The position numbers were made by a program, and so were the translations under genes. From contig JBKBWQ010000001.1 in the NCBI GenBank assembly GCA_046314355.1, positions 1,024,001 to 1,088,000 of the forward strand: a stretch of DNA of 64,000 bases, in the 5' to 3' direction. The notes beneath the pieces are model-generated. The model did not search any database. It was not told where the DNA came from and saw only the letters and a program-made list of their open reading frames with translations. Origin of the DNA: Candidatus Altimarinota bacterium. GTDB taxonomy: Bacteria; Patescibacteriota; Gracilibacteria; 1-14-2-50-48-13. Of the stretch, positions 50,234-61,142 are shown in pieces (positions within the stretch are counted from its first letter, which is position 1; every line of letters begins with the position of its first letter).

Positions 50234-50857
50234 CTAGACAATACGTATTGCTCCGAAGTAAAGGAGTATTCCTATAGATCCAAAAAGTATGGCTGCAAGC
50301 ACAAATACTAAATAGACAGATTTGATTTTCCTTTCAATCCGAAGACTTTGAAAAGCTTCTGAGAGTTCTTTTTCTTTTACCTCCATGAGACTTTTGAGTT
50401 CAGCATTTTGATCCTCAAGAGTATCTTTTTCCTTTGAATATTCCAGGAGTGGAACGGTATTTTTAATTTCAAACTCAATTTTTCCAAGTCTGTAGTTCAG
50501 TATTTCTACTTCTCTCTGCTTTTTATCAAGCTCCTGCTTTGTATTATCATAGAGATTCTTAAATATCTGATTTTCAATATCTTTATAACTAGCAGAGCTC
50601 AGATCAATAGGAGCAACTGCTTTTTGTTCATGAGCTTTGCTCTCTGATACAATAGAAACCTGCTCTACATTCTGAACAAGAGTATTCTTAAGTGATTCCA
50701 GCTCATCCTTAGATAAGTAGACATGATGTCCTACTTTCTTAAAAGTAAGTTTTCCGGCACGTATATAACGGTCAACGGTACGCTCAGAGACCTGTAGAAA
50801 GTCAGATGCTTCTTTTCTGTCTACATTGTAGAGCGCTCTATCCTCAGTTCTAACCAT
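50234..50857 (-). CDS. HTH (MerR/excisionase-like) + coiled coil + C-terminal TM protein
   Basis: EASDFLQVSERTVDRYIRAGKL; heptad repeats; C-terminal hydrophobic helix. Confidence 0.75.
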   Translation of the reverse strand: MVRTEDRALYNVDRKEASDFLQVSERTVDRYIRAGKLTFKKVGHHVYLSKDELESLKNTLVQNVEQVSIVSESKAHEQKAVAPIDLSSASYKDIENQIFKNLYDNTKQELDKKQREVEILNYRLGKIEFEIKNTVPLLEYSKEKDTLEDQNAELKSLMEVKEKELSEAFQSLRIERKIKSVYLVFVLAAILFGSIGILLYFGAIRIV

Positions 50858-50962
50858 AGCAAAGATTATAGGGTACAGTCTCCCCCTACGGTAAAGATTT
50901 TTAAAGTAAAATCAAGCTGATTGTTCTGGACAAAACAAATAAGTGCTATATCTGTCTACTTT

Positions 50963-51826
50963 CTATCGTCGTGTTAGCAGCCATGATACAAGGTATCCGC
51001 CGAATACTAGGAATGGAAGTACAAGAAAAGAGTAGACATGTCCATTAATAGGGACAGTCAGAAGTACGTTATAAATACCATGAAACAACACTGCAGCTAA
51101 AGCACCTTCTATTACAAGCTCTCTTGCATTTGCCCCTTTCCAGCCTTTGAGAGCTTCTGGACCTTTTAAAGTCCGGATCTGTGCACGAGTAACAGCAAAG
51201 ATAAAGTTTCTTGGGCGTATCCTTTTTATTAAGTCCCATATTCCCAAAGATATAGCACTACTAGTTATCACTAGAGGATTTGGAGCAATATAAGCTCTCG
51301 CATAGAGAAAACCAAATACTCCGGAGAAAAATGTATGTCCAAACATAGTTACTGCATTTCTGACCACGTAGAGTTCAAGTAAGTCTTTGCCTAGTCCATA
51401 CTGCTGAAAGCAAAGCCAGGAGTAAAAAATATTTTCTACAAAGGAGAATCCCAGCGCTGCGACGACTGCATAAATCACACCATCAGATAAATCATTTGTA
51501 CACTCTTTGCTTCTTTTCATGACTGCAAGTGCTCCGATATGTTTACACATTTCCTCCAAAAAAGCTGCCCAGAAGAGAGAAATAATAATACTTACTAAAG
51601 AACTGCCGAATAATGCATGCCAGCCAATTTGGGGTATCCATCCTGATAGAGACCTAAGTAAGAAGAAAGGAAGAGTCGCAGCACCTCCAGCTATAAAGGC
51701 CCAAAAGATGAGATTGTGCGGTTCTTCAGTACTATCTTTTCTCAGATAAAAAGCCATCCAGAGCATGGCGGGGAAAATATTGAGAAAAATACCTAAAAGA
51801 AGAAATATGAGGGAATACGTACTCAT
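50963..51826 (-). CDS. PrsW family glutamic intramembrane protease
   Basis: EP, EEMCK, ALGFSFVEN, GHTFFSG, HGIYN. Confidence 0.9.
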   Translation of the reverse strand: MSTYSLIFLLLGIFLNIFPAMLWMAFYLRKDSTEEPHNLIFWAFIAGGAATLPFFLLRSLSGWIPQIGWHALFGSSLVSIIISLFWAAFLEEMCKHIGALAVMKRSKECTNDLSDGVIYAVVAALGFSFVENIFYSWLCFQQYGLGKDLLELYVVRNAVTMFGHTFFSGVFGFLYARAYIAPNPLVITSSAISLGIWDLIKRIRPRNFIFAVTRAQIRTLKGPEALKGWKGANARELVIEGALAAVLFHGIYNVLLTVPINGHVYSFLVLPFLVFGGYLVSWLLTRR

Positions 51827-52152
51827 AGAACAGTATGCTCGAGAAACTCATAACTATTCTCAAGAGATGTGTCTGAGGAGGAAGTAAAATCCTTAAGACG
51901 TTTAATAAATATTTTATAAATCCTTCTCTCAGTAAAAAGACTTCCGTAAAGTGCCTGACGGCATACAAGAAGGTCAAGATTGATCTGATTTTTTTCCTTA
52001 TCACGTACGTAGAATAAAGTCCGTACGTATATATTCCGGGCATGTAACGCTACCTGATCCCTTTCTAACCAAAGGAAGCCAAGCCGTACTACCAAGAGGA
52101 TTACCCCAATGATACACGGAAAGATGATAAGTAGTACAGTCTGGAAAGACAT
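51823..52152 (-). CDS. hypothetical protein with N-terminal TM
   Basis: 109-aa ORF in operon between mfd and the prsW-like gene. Confidence 0.5.
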   Translation of the reverse strand: MSFQTVLLIIFPCIIGVILLVVRLGFLWLERDQVALHARNIYVRTLFYVRDKEKNQINLDLLVCRQALYGSLFTERRIYKIFIKRLKDFTSSSDTSLENSYEFLEHTVL

Positions 52153-52164
52153 ATACGGTTTTGT

Positions 52165-55100
52165 TTATTTTTTGATAAGTTTTTTAGGGATTTCTCCTAA
52201 AGCCTGGAGACTATCCTTCAAAGCATTATACCACTCTTTTCCTAGATCATCAAGACTTACCTTAAGCCGGTCCCCTGAGATAAACCATTTGTTGTTAAAG
52301 TTCAGCAGACTAAATATATTTTCAGGCTTCATCTGTTTGTTCATAAGAAGATTTACTTCTCGAAGTCCGTGCGGCTGGTTAAATACGCGTACAGCATCCA
52401 CATTACCTCTTCGGGCATAGATCTTGAGATGTATTGCCTTAAAGAGATTCTGAACCTCCACAGGCATATTACCATAGTCTTCCTTGAGCTGTTCTTCCTG
52501 TGCTTCTAGTTCCTCAACGGTTTTGATCGAAGATAATCTCTGATAGACACTTATCTTTTCTTCATATTCATGGATATATGAGTCTGGAATATATGCAGTA
52601 AGCGGAAGCTCCACTGCGATATCCTTTTGTTCCTCCTGTTCTTCTTCATTCTCATTTGTGTTTCCGCCATTAGCTCTAAGTTCATCAAGCATTTGGTTGA
52701 GGAGCCGCACAAAGTGGCTCACACCTACACTATTCATCATTCCATGCTGGGATGAACCAAGTATCTCTCCAGCACCTCGTATCTCAAGATCCTTCATAGC
52801 AATCTGGAAGCCGCTTCCAAGTTCTGATGCCTCTACGATGGCACGAAGTCTTTTCTTTGCATCCATACTCAACGTACGGGATGAATAAAGAAGATATGTA
52901 TATGCCTGAGTTCTAGATCTTCCTACTCGTCCGCGCAGCTGGTAGAGCTGAGAGAGCCCAAAGTTATCTGCATTATTTACAATAAGTGTATTTGCATTCG
53001 GCAGGTCTATTCCATTTTCAATAATGGTCGAACTGATTAGCACATCGTATTCTTTTTCTTTAAAAGAAACGATACGTTTCTCAAGCATATGAGGCTCCAT
53101 CTGTCCGTGAGCGACTAAAAACCTTGCTTCCGGTATAAGAAGAGCAAGTTTTGCTGCAATCGCTTCAATGGTTCGAACCTTATTATGGAGGAAATAGACC
53201 TGACCTCCTCTTTTGATTTCTTTTAAAATCGCATCCCGTATAAGCCCATCCGAGAATTTACGAACCTCAGTAATAATCGGTAGTCTTCCAGGAGGAGGAG
53301 TCGTGATAGTCGTAATATCCCGAAGATTATTAAGACTCATATGAAGTGTACGCGGGATAGGAGTAGCAGTAAGTGTCAGTACGTCCACATTACATCTAAA
53401 CTCCTTCAGTCTTTCTTTTTGCTTTACTCCAAATCTCTGTTCCTCATCTACGATTACAAGCCCTAGATCCTTAAATTTTACATCTGACTGAATAAGACGG
53501 TGAGTACCGATCAGGATATCAATATTGCCTTTTTCTAGTTCTCGGAGAACTTCCTTTTGTTCGGCAGGGCTTCTAAATCGGCTAAGTAATTCAACACGAA
53601 TATTAAATCCGCTTAAACGTTTCACAAATGATTTGTAATGCTGATCTGCAAGGATAGTAATAGGAGAAATAAATGCTACCTGTTTTTTATTCTCTGCTGC
53701 CTTAAAAGCAGCTCTCAACGCTACCTCAGTCTTTCCAAAACCTACATCTCCACATACGAGACGATCCATTGGACGCTCCTTTTCCATATCACTTTTGACA
53801 TCATTGATAGCTTTAATCTGTCCAGGAGTCTCATCATAGGGGAAAGTACTTTCAAATTTTTCTTGCGCGACTGTATCCATACTAAAAGCAAATCCTTTTG
53901 CCATTTCACGCTTTGCGTATAATACCAGTAATTCCTTAGCTATTTTTTTCGCTTCTTTTTTTACTTTTTTTGTAAGAGTTTGCCATTCAGTAGAGTCTAG
54001 TCTTGTGAGTTTTGGCGGTTTTTCATCATTGGATATAAATTTGCTAATCTTATCCGCTTGATCTGTAGGAACAAATAGTTTGTCATTATCTGCATACTGA
54101 ATTTCAAGATATTCTTTAATGAGACCTCCTATTTCTTTTTTCTGAATACCAGTAAATCTTCCTATACCATGCTCAAGATGAACAATATAATCTCCAGGTT
54201 TCAGCGATGAGAGAAACTCAAATACCACATTGTGATTAGCATTGATTTTTTTCTTCTGCTTACTTGTAAATATTTCCCTATCTGTGAGCACTGAAAGCAT
54301 CTGCTCAGAATTCTGAAATGATCTTGGGATACTTTCATCGGGCAGAGCATCCCGAAAAAGAATTACTCCTTTACCGCGTTTGTATTGTTTAAAAAAATCC
54401 TTCCACTCTTCCACATACAAAATATCATTATCAAGAAAGAGTCTCTTGAGTTCCTCCTTATGCTTTGTATAAAGCACCATGCGCCAGTTGCGGATATAGC
54501 GCTCCTTAAGATCATTGAGGAAATCTGCAATAGAATAATATTTCAAAAGCGACAGATAGCGCAGATGCACAAAGTCTTCCTCTTCTTCTGGAAAAGAAGT
54601 GAGGGAAATTGTATGACTTCTAGATTTGAGTTTTTCAAGGCGCTCTTCGGCATTCAGTCCTGTCTCCTGAATACTGAACTGACTCATCTCAACTTCATCC
54701 GCCACAAGATATGTCTTTTCACCAATACAGTCCATTAAAAATGCATCAGCATTCTTAAACTGCATCGGAAAGATTTCATAAGTTTTCTTTTGATCAAGAA
54801 TCTTCTGTGATTCCTGTGAAAAAGTATATATCTCCTCAATACTTTCTCCAAAAAAAGATACCTTTATCGGATGTTCACTGTTGATTGGAAAAATACTTAA
54901 CACATCTCCAATATTACGGTACTGTCCCGGCTCCAAGAACTTATCTTCCACCTGCCTATATCCAGCTCTCACAAGCTGATCAAAAAAACGGTACTGAGAA
55001 ATCCCGTCACCAATCTTAAATCTTACAAGCTCTTCATCAATATGAGATTTACGAGGTACTTTTAAAAACAAAAACTCCGGAACTATGAGTGCAATACCTT

Positions 55101-55428
55101 CTTTTTTTCCTGCAATAAAATCTAGAAAACTAACAATTTCCTTTTGTACTGAAAAAGTATTCTCACTGATCCCGAAAACAAAAATCTCTTCAGAAAAGAA
55201 AAATTTAAGTGTCGTTAGTAATTCAGAAATTTCGTTTCTAGAATTAGCTATCCATAAAAGACGCTTTTCTTTAAGCTGCTCAAAGAGACTAGCAATAAAA
55301 AAAGCCTTCGAAAAAGGATTACCTGAACCAGCCACCTCTAAATGGCTACTCTTATGAAGTTGCTGAAGAACCTCTGCATGTAGGCCGAGAGATACAAGAT
55401 CCTTAAGAGGAGCGTGGGAAGATGACAT
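52165..55428 (-). CDS. mfd: transcription-repair coupling factor
   Basis: [12 protein letters not shown] (RID), [40 protein letters not shown]. Confidence 0.97.
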   Translation of the reverse strand: MSSSHAPLKDLVSLGLHAEVLQQLHKSSHLEVAGSGNPFSKAFFIASLFEQLKEKRLLWIANSRNEISELLTTLKFFFSEEIFVFGISENTFSVQKEIVSFLDFIAGKKEGIALIVPEFLFLKVPRKSHIDEELVRFKIGDGISQYRFFDQLVRAGYRQVEDKFLEPGQYRNIGDVLSIFPINSEHPIKVSFFGESIEEIYTFSQESQKILDQKKTYEIFPMQFKNADAFLMDCIGEKTYLVADEVEMSQFSIQETGLNAEERLEKLKSRSHTISLTSFPEEEEDFVHLRYLSLLKYYSIADFLNDLKERYIRNWRMVLYTKHKEELKRLFLDNDILYVEEWKDFFKQYKRGKGVILFRDALPDESIPRSFQNSEQMLSVLTDREIFTSKQKKKINANHNVVFEFLSSLKPGDYIVHLEHGIGRFTGIQKKEIGGLIKEYLEIQYADNDKLFVPTDQADKISKFISNDEKPPKLTRLDSTEWQTLTKKVKKEAKKIAKELLVLYAKREMAKGFAFSMDTVAQEKFESTFPYDETPGQIKAINDVKSDMEKERPMDRLVCGDVGFGKTEVALRAAFKAAENKKQVAFISPITILADQHYKSFVKRLSGFNIRVELLSRFRSPAEQKEVLRELEKGNIDILIGTHRLIQSDVKFKDLGLVIVDEEQRFGVKQKERLKEFRCNVDVLTLTATPIPRTLHMSLNNLRDITTITTPPPGRLPIITEVRKFSDGLIRDAILKEIKRGGQVYFLHNKVRTIEAIAAKLALLIPEARFLVAHGQMEPHMLEKRIVSFKEKEYDVLISSTIIENGIDLPNANTLIVNNADNFGLSQLYQLRGRVGRSRTQAYTYLLYSSRTLSMDAKKRLRAIVEASELGSGFQIAMKDLEIRGAGEILGSSQHGMMNSVGVSHFVRLLNQMLDELRANGGNTNENEEEQEEQKDIAVELPLTAYIPDSYIHEYEEKISVYQRLSSIKTVEELEAQEEQLKEDYGNMPVEVQNLFKAIHLKIYARRGNVDAVRVFNQPHGLREVNLLMNKQMKPENIFSLLNFNNKWFISGDRLKVSLDDLGKEWYNALKDSLQALGEIPKKLIKK

Positions 55429-55539
55429 GGATACTTTAAAAAACAAACAACTGACGCAAAAAAGGCGCCCACGTGCTTAACATACTTAGCCTACAGTATG
55501 TATAAACGAATTGCAAGAAATTATGAGGAATAAAATCAG

Positions 55540-55645
55540 TAAAGTAATTGAGTAAATAGTAATTAAGTCATTAAGGGTGTAGATGAAGACTTCGTTATGA
55601 GTCTTCACTTAATTACTAAGTGTCTCAATTACTTATTTACTCAAC
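55540..55645. repeat. periodic 8-mer inverted-repeat hairpin with central stem (terminator-like)
   Basis: agtaatt/agtaaat units on the left, aattact units on the right, central tgaagact..agtcttca. Confidence 0.55.
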
Positions 55646-55654
55646 CACTTGATC

Positions 55655-56794
55655 TTAGTTTCTAAGCGGCATAATCAAATGAAGATAACTACTGTCTACT
55701 TGTCCTTTTTCTGTGCAAGGAGCAAATACTGCAGCGCTTAGAGGCTGAACGCATGCAAGTTCTAGAGTATCGGTCCCGATATGATTGAGAAATTCAATTA
55801 CATACTGAGAATTAAGGGCAATCTTCATTCCTTCCCCCTGTACTTCCAGTAGAGGAATCGTCGTCTGCTCCTCACCAATCTCTGAAGCATCTGAATAAAT
55901 AGCAAGGATCTTTTCCTCAGGTTTAATATCAAATTTTACATTAAAATTATTTTCTTTCGCAAAAAGACTTACTCGTTTTAAACCTAGAAGAAATTCAGAT
56001 GAAGCAACTACCAAAGTTGTACGTTTTTCAGCTGGAATAATCTGCTTATAATCAGGGAATTCGCCTTCAATCAGACGGGAAGTCAGCTTTGTACCTCCGC
56101 ATTCAAAAAGCACCTGATTACGTGCCACATGCACTATAAGCTGCTGATTCTTAAGATCATCCTTTGTAAATACACGCATTACCTCGCCCAATGTCTTGGA
56201 AGGCACTATCATCTTCATAGATTCAAGATCATCAGATGTATGTACTAGCATCTTTTTCTGAGAAAGTCTAAAACTATCAGTGGATGCCAGAATAAGTTCT
56301 TTTTCTTTTACTGAAAAAAATACTCCTGCTAAAATAGGTCTTGTCGTGTTACTGCTTGCTGAGAAAAGCGTCTTTCCAAGAGAATCTATAAAATCTTTCC
56401 GATCAATTTGGAAGACAAAGTACTCCTCAACCTTTGGAATAATCGGAAATTCTTCAGCCGCAATTCCCTTAATCTTCGTATTTGAAGTTGGGGAAGTAAT
56501 AGACATCGCACTGCCTGCTGTGGTTTCTACATTGATCGTTGTATGTGCAGGCAAGAGTGTTACGTACTGCACAAGCAGCTTAGCTGGAATTGTAATCGTG
56601 CCTTCTTCCTGAATGTCTACATCGATGTACGTTTCAATGGAAATTTCCAGATCCGTTGCTGTCAAATACAAAACGCTCCCTTCCGCCTTGAGTAAAATAT
56701 TATCAAGTACGGGAAGAGTTGTGTGTGATGCTATTGCCTTTGAAACTGTCTGCAGTCCTTCAGCAAAAATTTCCTGTGTACATGAAAATTTCAT
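55655..56794 (-). CDS. dnaN: DNA polymerase III beta clamp
   Basis: LTATDLE, ASTDSFRL, SRLIEGEFPDY, LIMPLR. Confidence 0.97.
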   Translation of the reverse strand: MKFSCTQEIFAEGLQTVSKAIASHTTLPVLDNILLKAEGSVLYLTATDLEISIETYIDVDIQEEGTITIPAKLLVQYVTLLPAHTTINVETTAGSAMSITSPTSNTKIKGIAAEEFPIIPKVEEYFVFQIDRKDFIDSLGKTLFSASSNTTRPILAGVFFSVKEKELILASTDSFRLSQKKMLVHTSDDLESMKMIVPSKTLGEVMRVFTKDDLKNQQLIVHVARNQVLFECGGTKLTSRLIEGEFPDYKQIIPAEKRTTLVVASSEFLLGLKRVSLFAKENNFNVKFDIKPEEKILAIYSDASEIGEEQTTIPLLEVQGEGMKIALNSQYVIEFLNHIGTDTLELACVQPLSAAVFAPCTEKGQVDSSYLHLIMPLRN

Positions 56795-56799
56795 ACCTT

Positions 56800-57338
56800 T
56801 ATCGAAAATGTTAATATCAAGTAACCCTTAGTCTACACATGTTTTTTATTATGTAAATTTAATAAATATAAAGAACTCGTAGTACTCGTAGCCATTGCGA
56901 ACATATAAAGAATAGTGTCATAATAGTACTATTTGTAAGTTGGCTCTAGTAAATACTTTATATAAATAAATAGCTCCTAGTCTAGACATTGAAAAACAGC
57001 AAAAAACATAGTGTTTGTATCAGAGAGTTTTTTTTGTATGCAGTTCTAATCTGCTCTCACACAAAGAAATCAGAGTCCGTTCATAACGATGTGCAGAGGA
57101 TGTGTATAACTTGTGTAGAAAAGAATGTCGATGTAGACAACAAAGGATTGAGCCTTGTCTATGCCTCATATCCAAAGAATTCGTTTATAGTGCTAGTCTA
57201 GATATAATGTAAAGCCGTTTTTTTGTGAATTGCTTTACATAAGTATACTACTATCAATGGTTACCTATGTGCATGTCAAGTTTTAGAGTTTTTAACAGAA
57301 AAGTGTACAGAGCAGAGTTATTGACAAATAGTCATTAT
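56800..57338. other. candidate replication origin region
   Basis: Long non-coding gap upstream of dnaN with AT-rich tracts; DnaA box tgtgtataa (57101-57109) and near-boxes at 57112 and 57132. Confidence 0.45.
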
Positions 57339-57367
57339 AAAAAAAATCCCTGCTCGGGAGCAAGGAT
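57339..57367 (-). terminator. intrinsic terminator
   Basis: Minus strand ATCCTTGCT-CCCG-AGCAGGGAT followed by a T-run. Confidence 0.8.
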
Positions 57368-57394
57368 ACGAAGATGATATTTTAAGAAAGCTAC

Positions 57395-57739
57395 CTATGC
57401 TTCTTCAAATTCTTCATCTTCAGTTTTGTCTGGATCATCAGTATTTACTGAATCATCATCCTGTTGTGTGTTAGTATTATCTTCTGTATTTGATTCATCA
57501 GACTCTGCTGAATCCTCTTGTTGTGTGTCTAGTTCGTCTGTAGAAATAGAAGACTGCGAGTCCTCATCACTTCCATCGTTTAGAGATGGAGGCTCATCAG
57601 CGGATTTATCATCTGCTTCAGAAGCTCCCTCTTGATCTTCAGTGATAGGTTGTTCTTCCACAACATCTGAAGAATCATTTGTTGATTCTTCTTTAATTAC
57701 TTCAGATTCTACTAAGTCTTTGTTTTCATTTTCAGCCAT
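57395..57739 (-). CDS. highly acidic low-complexity protein
   Basis: D/E/S/T-rich, 114 aa; perfect AGGAGG SD; followed by a terminator. Confidence 0.7.
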   Translation of the reverse strand: MAENENKDLVESEVIKEESTNDSSDVVEEQPITEDQEGASEADDKSADEPPSLNDGSDEDSQSSISTDELDTQQEDSAESDESNTEDNTNTQQDDDSVNTDDPDKTEDEEFEEA

Positions 57740-57908
57740 TTATGGCCTCCTTTTTATAACAATAACGAACAAACAAAGTTATATTCTTTAGGATAAAACT
57801 TACAAGAGAATATGTATTTGTACATATATAAAGATGCAGAAGCAGTTAATACTAAGTATGATAGTATTGTGTTCTGTACAGTATTAACATGATAAAAATT
57901 AGTTTTAT

Positions 57909-58844
57909 CTATACTGCAAATTCAACTAACACAATCTCCGGTGGTACTCCAAGTCTCATAGGCAGTACGACTTCCCCAAGCCCAGATGTAACGAATATAG
58001 GATTATTATGTACTTTATACCATCCTCTATTAAATCCATATTTTGAAGGAATAATCTTATGATAGAGAAGGGGTACTCTTACCTGCCCGCCATGGGTATG
58101 ACCAGCAACTACTAGGTCTGCACAAGCATCAGGGAGCATATAAGATCCGTCTGGATTATGGATGAGTATAATCGTTGGGAGAACGCTTTTTTCTTTTGGC
58201 ACAATAGTAAAATCAGTCTCCCCCTCCCAAATATCACTAAGACCAATAAGGAGATATTGAGAACCTTGAATCTCTATTATTTGTTTTTTATTATCAATAA
58301 CATGGATATATTTAGACAGAGCTGCTCTGACAAGAGTGCTTGAAATAAAACCAGGCTCCTCTGCATCATGGTTGCCTGTGACTGCATAAATGGGGACTGT
58401 AATGTCTTTAAAAGGTACAAATAGCTTCGGAAGGTCTGCTTCCGTTGGTTCATAGATAAAATCTCCCGGTATAAGAACTAGATCTGGATTTAGTGCGTTA
58501 ATTTCTTTTACAATTCTTGTTAAAAACTTATCTCCTTTATACATACCTAAATGCATATCAGCACAGACTACTATGCGTAATAATGTGGTTTTTTTTGATC
58601 TCTTGGTACCAAGTGTCGTTTTTACTATTTTAATTCTGTATGGCTCTATAAAACGAGAATAAATACATAGAACTATCAGAAATAACGCACAAAATAGATA
58701 CAGCCAAGTGCAGTCAGATGTGAAGAAAAACACTACATTCAAAAATAGTATTGGAAATAGAAGATAGCTTCCGTAAAACACTATTCTAAGAATAATATGA
58801 AGATCTCTTTGTGGAAGCATCTGATAAAGCTTATGTCTTTTCAA
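57909..58844 (-). CDS. membrane-anchored metallophosphoesterase
   Basis: DMH, GD, GNHD, HNPD, GHTHGGQ. Confidence 0.92.
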   Translation of the reverse strand: MKRHKLYQMLPQRDLHIILRIVFYGSYLLFPILFLNVVFFFTSDCTWLYLFCALFLIVLCIYSRFIEPYRIKIVKTTLGTKRSKKTTLLRIVVCADMHLGMYKGDKFLTRIVKEINALNPDLVLIPGDFIYEPTEADLPKLFVPFKDITVPIYAVTGNHDAEEPGFISSTLVRAALSKYIHVIDNKKQIIEIQGSQYLLIGLSDIWEGETDFTIVPKEKSVLPTIILIHNPDGSYMLPDACADLVVAGHTHGGQVRVPLLYHKIIPSKYGFNRGWYKVHNNPIFVTSGLGEVVLPMRLGVPPEIVLVEFAV

Positions 58845-58860
58845 TGCCGTAGGTTAAATG

Positions 58861-59559
58861 TTACTTTCCGAAGTTTCGCTTTGTACCATCATAATATTCA
58901 AGTGCTCTCTGAAATTCTTCTGCGGTAAGTCCAGGCCAGAATGTATCAGTGAAGTAAAGCTCTGAGTAGACACTCTGCCAAGGCATAAAACCTGATAATC
59001 TTTGTGCACCTCCAGTCCTAATTATAAGATCTACATCAGGCACATCTTTTGTAAAAAGATGCTGAGAAAAGACTTCTTCCGTAATTTTTTCAGGTGGATT
59101 CGCTAAAATATCTTCAATTGCATGAAGAATCTCATCACGACCACCATAGTTTATAGCTAAATAGACAGTATGCTTGGGATTGTCTAAATGCATAAGCTTC
59201 TCTGCTTTCTCAAGAGAATTTTGGACAGATTCAGGAAGTCCTCTTCTTCTGCCTAAGAATTTTAATGTTACTCCATATTTTTTCATTTTCTCAGCTCTAG
59301 TTGGAATACTCTCTATAAGTTTGAAAAGTATTGTCAGTTCCGTTGCGCTTCTTTTCTGCCAATTATCTGTAGATAGTGCCCACAAAGTAACATAGGGAAT
59401 ATTTTCTTTTACACACCAGCTAATTGCTTCTTCGGCAATCAATGCACCTTCTTTGTGTCCCGTAGTTGCAAACTTTCCCTGGCTCTTTGCCCAACGTCTA
59501 TTTCCATCCATGATAAATGCAATATGCGTAGGTTTTTTTGTTATCTGCGGCTGATCCAT
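58861..59559 (-). CDS. uppS: undecaprenyl diphosphate synthase
   Basis: HIAFIMDGNRRWA, STDNWQR, NYGGRDE, DLIIRTGG..RLSGF. Confidence 0.96.
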   Translation of the reverse strand: MDQPQITKKPTHIAFIMDGNRRWAKSQGKFATTGHKEGALIAEEAISWCVKENIPYVTLWALSTDNWQKRSATELTILFKLIESIPTRAEKMKKYGVTLKFLGRRRGLPESVQNSLEKAEKLMHLDNPKHTVYLAINYGGRDEILHAIEDILANPPEKITEEVFSQHLFTKDVPDVDLIIRTGGAQRLSGFMPWQSVYSELYFTDTFWPGLTAEEFQRALEYYDGTKRNFGK

Positions 59560-59660
59560 GGAATATCTAATAAACGAAACAAGATAATTACTTAAGGCTT
59601 TAGTGGAGAGATTTTATAATTCTAAAACAGTATTGTCAAATGAAGACGGAGTTAGGGGCA

Positions 59661-59797
59661 AATTAAGTAATTAGTATAGTAATTTGGCTCATATTATTGG
59701 ACTCTTATCATTGGGCTGCAATAATTGAGCTCAATGATGTGCGCCCAATTATTGAGTCCAATTACTTAATTACCATTTACTCTCTTACTCTCTTACT
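59661..59797. repeat. array of ~13-bp quasi-palindromic units (AATNATTGRGCYC) with 8-mer flanks, copy 1
   Basis: Units attattggactc, aataattgagctc, aattattgagtcc; inverted copy at 61704-61830. Confidence 0.7.
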
Positions 59798-59831
59798 CGA
59801 GCCCTTTACTTTCCTCTCTGTACTTATATAA

Positions 59832-59858
59832 TTATCACGAACAGTACGAGAGTGCTAA
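59832..59858 (+). promoter_or_regulatory. CIRCE-like HrcA operator upstream of dnaJ
   Basis: TTATCACGA-N9-GAGTGCTAA (right arm perfect, left arm 6/9), directly after the -10 TATAAT at 59827-59832. Confidence 0.7.
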
Positions 59859-59872
59859 TTTTAATTATATAG

Positions 59873-60991
59873 ATGTCTATGGCTGGAAAAGATTATTATG
59901 CAATTTTAGGAGTAGCAAAAGATAGTTCGGTAGATGATATAAAAAAAGCATATAGAAAACTTGCAATGAAATATCATCCTGATCAAGGAGGTGATCAAGA
60001 AAAATTTAAGGAAGTAAATGAAGCATATCAGGTTTTGGGGGATGATCAGAAAAGACGCCAGTATGACCAGTTTGGAAGTGCAGGAGCTCAGGGAGGATAT
60101 GGAGGTGGAGGTTTTGATTTTTCCGGATTTCAGAGCGGCGGATTCTCAGATATGGGAGATATTTTTGAAACTTTCTTTGGTGGAGGCTTTAGCACAGGCG
60201 GGAGAAGTCAGCAGAAAGCAGGACCTAGAAGAGGAGAAGATCTGCAAATGGAAATTGTCATTGATTTCATGAAGGCAGCTTTTGGTTCGGAAGAGACTGT
60301 AGATGTAGATAGAATGGAGGTTTGTGAGACATGTCAGGGTAAAGGGTATCCAAAGGATGCTAAGGTGGTCAATTGTACAAAGTGTCACGGCACAGGAGAA
60401 ATTCAGGTTTCTCAGCAGAGTTTCTTTGGAAATATTACTTCCACTAGAGCATGTGATGTCTGTCATGGAGAAGGAAAGATACCTGAGAAGAAGTGTGATA
60501 CATGTCATGCTGAAGGTAGAGTCAGGGTTACTCAGAAGTTAAAAGTAAAGATCCCTGCAGGTGTCAATGAAGGAACAACTATTAAGCTTGCTGGTAAAGG
60601 AGCTGCAGGAGTCAAAGGAGGACCAGCTGGAGATCTTTATATAGTTATTCATGTGAGGGAAAGTAGAAAGTTTGAACGGAACGGATATGATACTCATACA
60701 ACTGAAAGAATCCACATGCTTCAGGCTGTTCTCGGTGATGAGATAGAAATAGAGACAATCCATGGAGATAAGAAAGTGGTCATCCCAGCAGGTGTAGAAA
60801 CAGGAAAAACAATTAAACTCAAACGCCTCGGAGTACCTATGCTGAATTCCTCTGAAATAGGAGATCATTATATTCATATCGAAGTAGAGGTACCTAAAAA
60901 GCTCTCTAAAAAAGAACAAGAGCTCTATGAACAGTTAGCAGAGCTTGCAGGTAAAAAGATAAGTGTACAGAAGAGGAAGGGGTTTTTTTAG
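59873..60991 (+). CDS. dnaJ: chaperone DnaJ
   Basis: J domain with HPD, G/F-rich region, four CxxCxGxG-type repeats. Confidence 0.97.
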   Translation: MSMAGKDYYAILGVAKDSSVDDIKKAYRKLAMKYHPDQGGDQEKFKEVNEAYQVLGDDQKRRQYDQFGSAGAQGGYGGGGFDFSGFQSGGFSDMGDIFETFFGGGFSTGGRSQQKAGPRRGEDLQMEIVIDFMKAAFGSEETVDVDRMEVCETCQGKGYPKDAKVVNCTKCHGTGEIQVSQQSFFGNITSTRACDVCHGEGKIPEKKCDTCHAEGRVRVTQKLKVKIPAGVNEGTTIKLAGKGAAGVKGGPAGDLYIVIHVRESRKFERNGYDTHTTERIHMLQAVLGDEIEIETIHGDKKVVIPAGVETGKTIKLKRLGVPMLNSSEIGDHYIHIEVEVPKKLSKKEQELYEQLAELAGKKISVQKRKGFF

Positions 60992-60996
60992 GCTCA

Positions 60997-61078
60997 AGTA
61001 AGTGAGTAAGTGGTAAGTAAGTAATTAGGCTTATTTATTGGCTCTATAATTACTTACTTACTCAATTACTAAATACTT
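60997..61078. repeat. periodic inverted-repeat hairpin after dnaJ
   Basis: agtaagt units on the left, ttactta units on the right. Confidence 0.5.
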
Positions 61079-61142
61079 CCTTTTCCTTGTCTTTGTTTTC
61101 ACCCATGCTATAGTTTGCCTATCATTTGTTTCTGGTATCTAT

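Noticed and set aside
56989-57201. 70-aa ORF in the dnaN upstream gap
   Set aside because: It has a TTG start and no motif, and overlaps the DnaA-box-like cluster; it is more likely non-coding.
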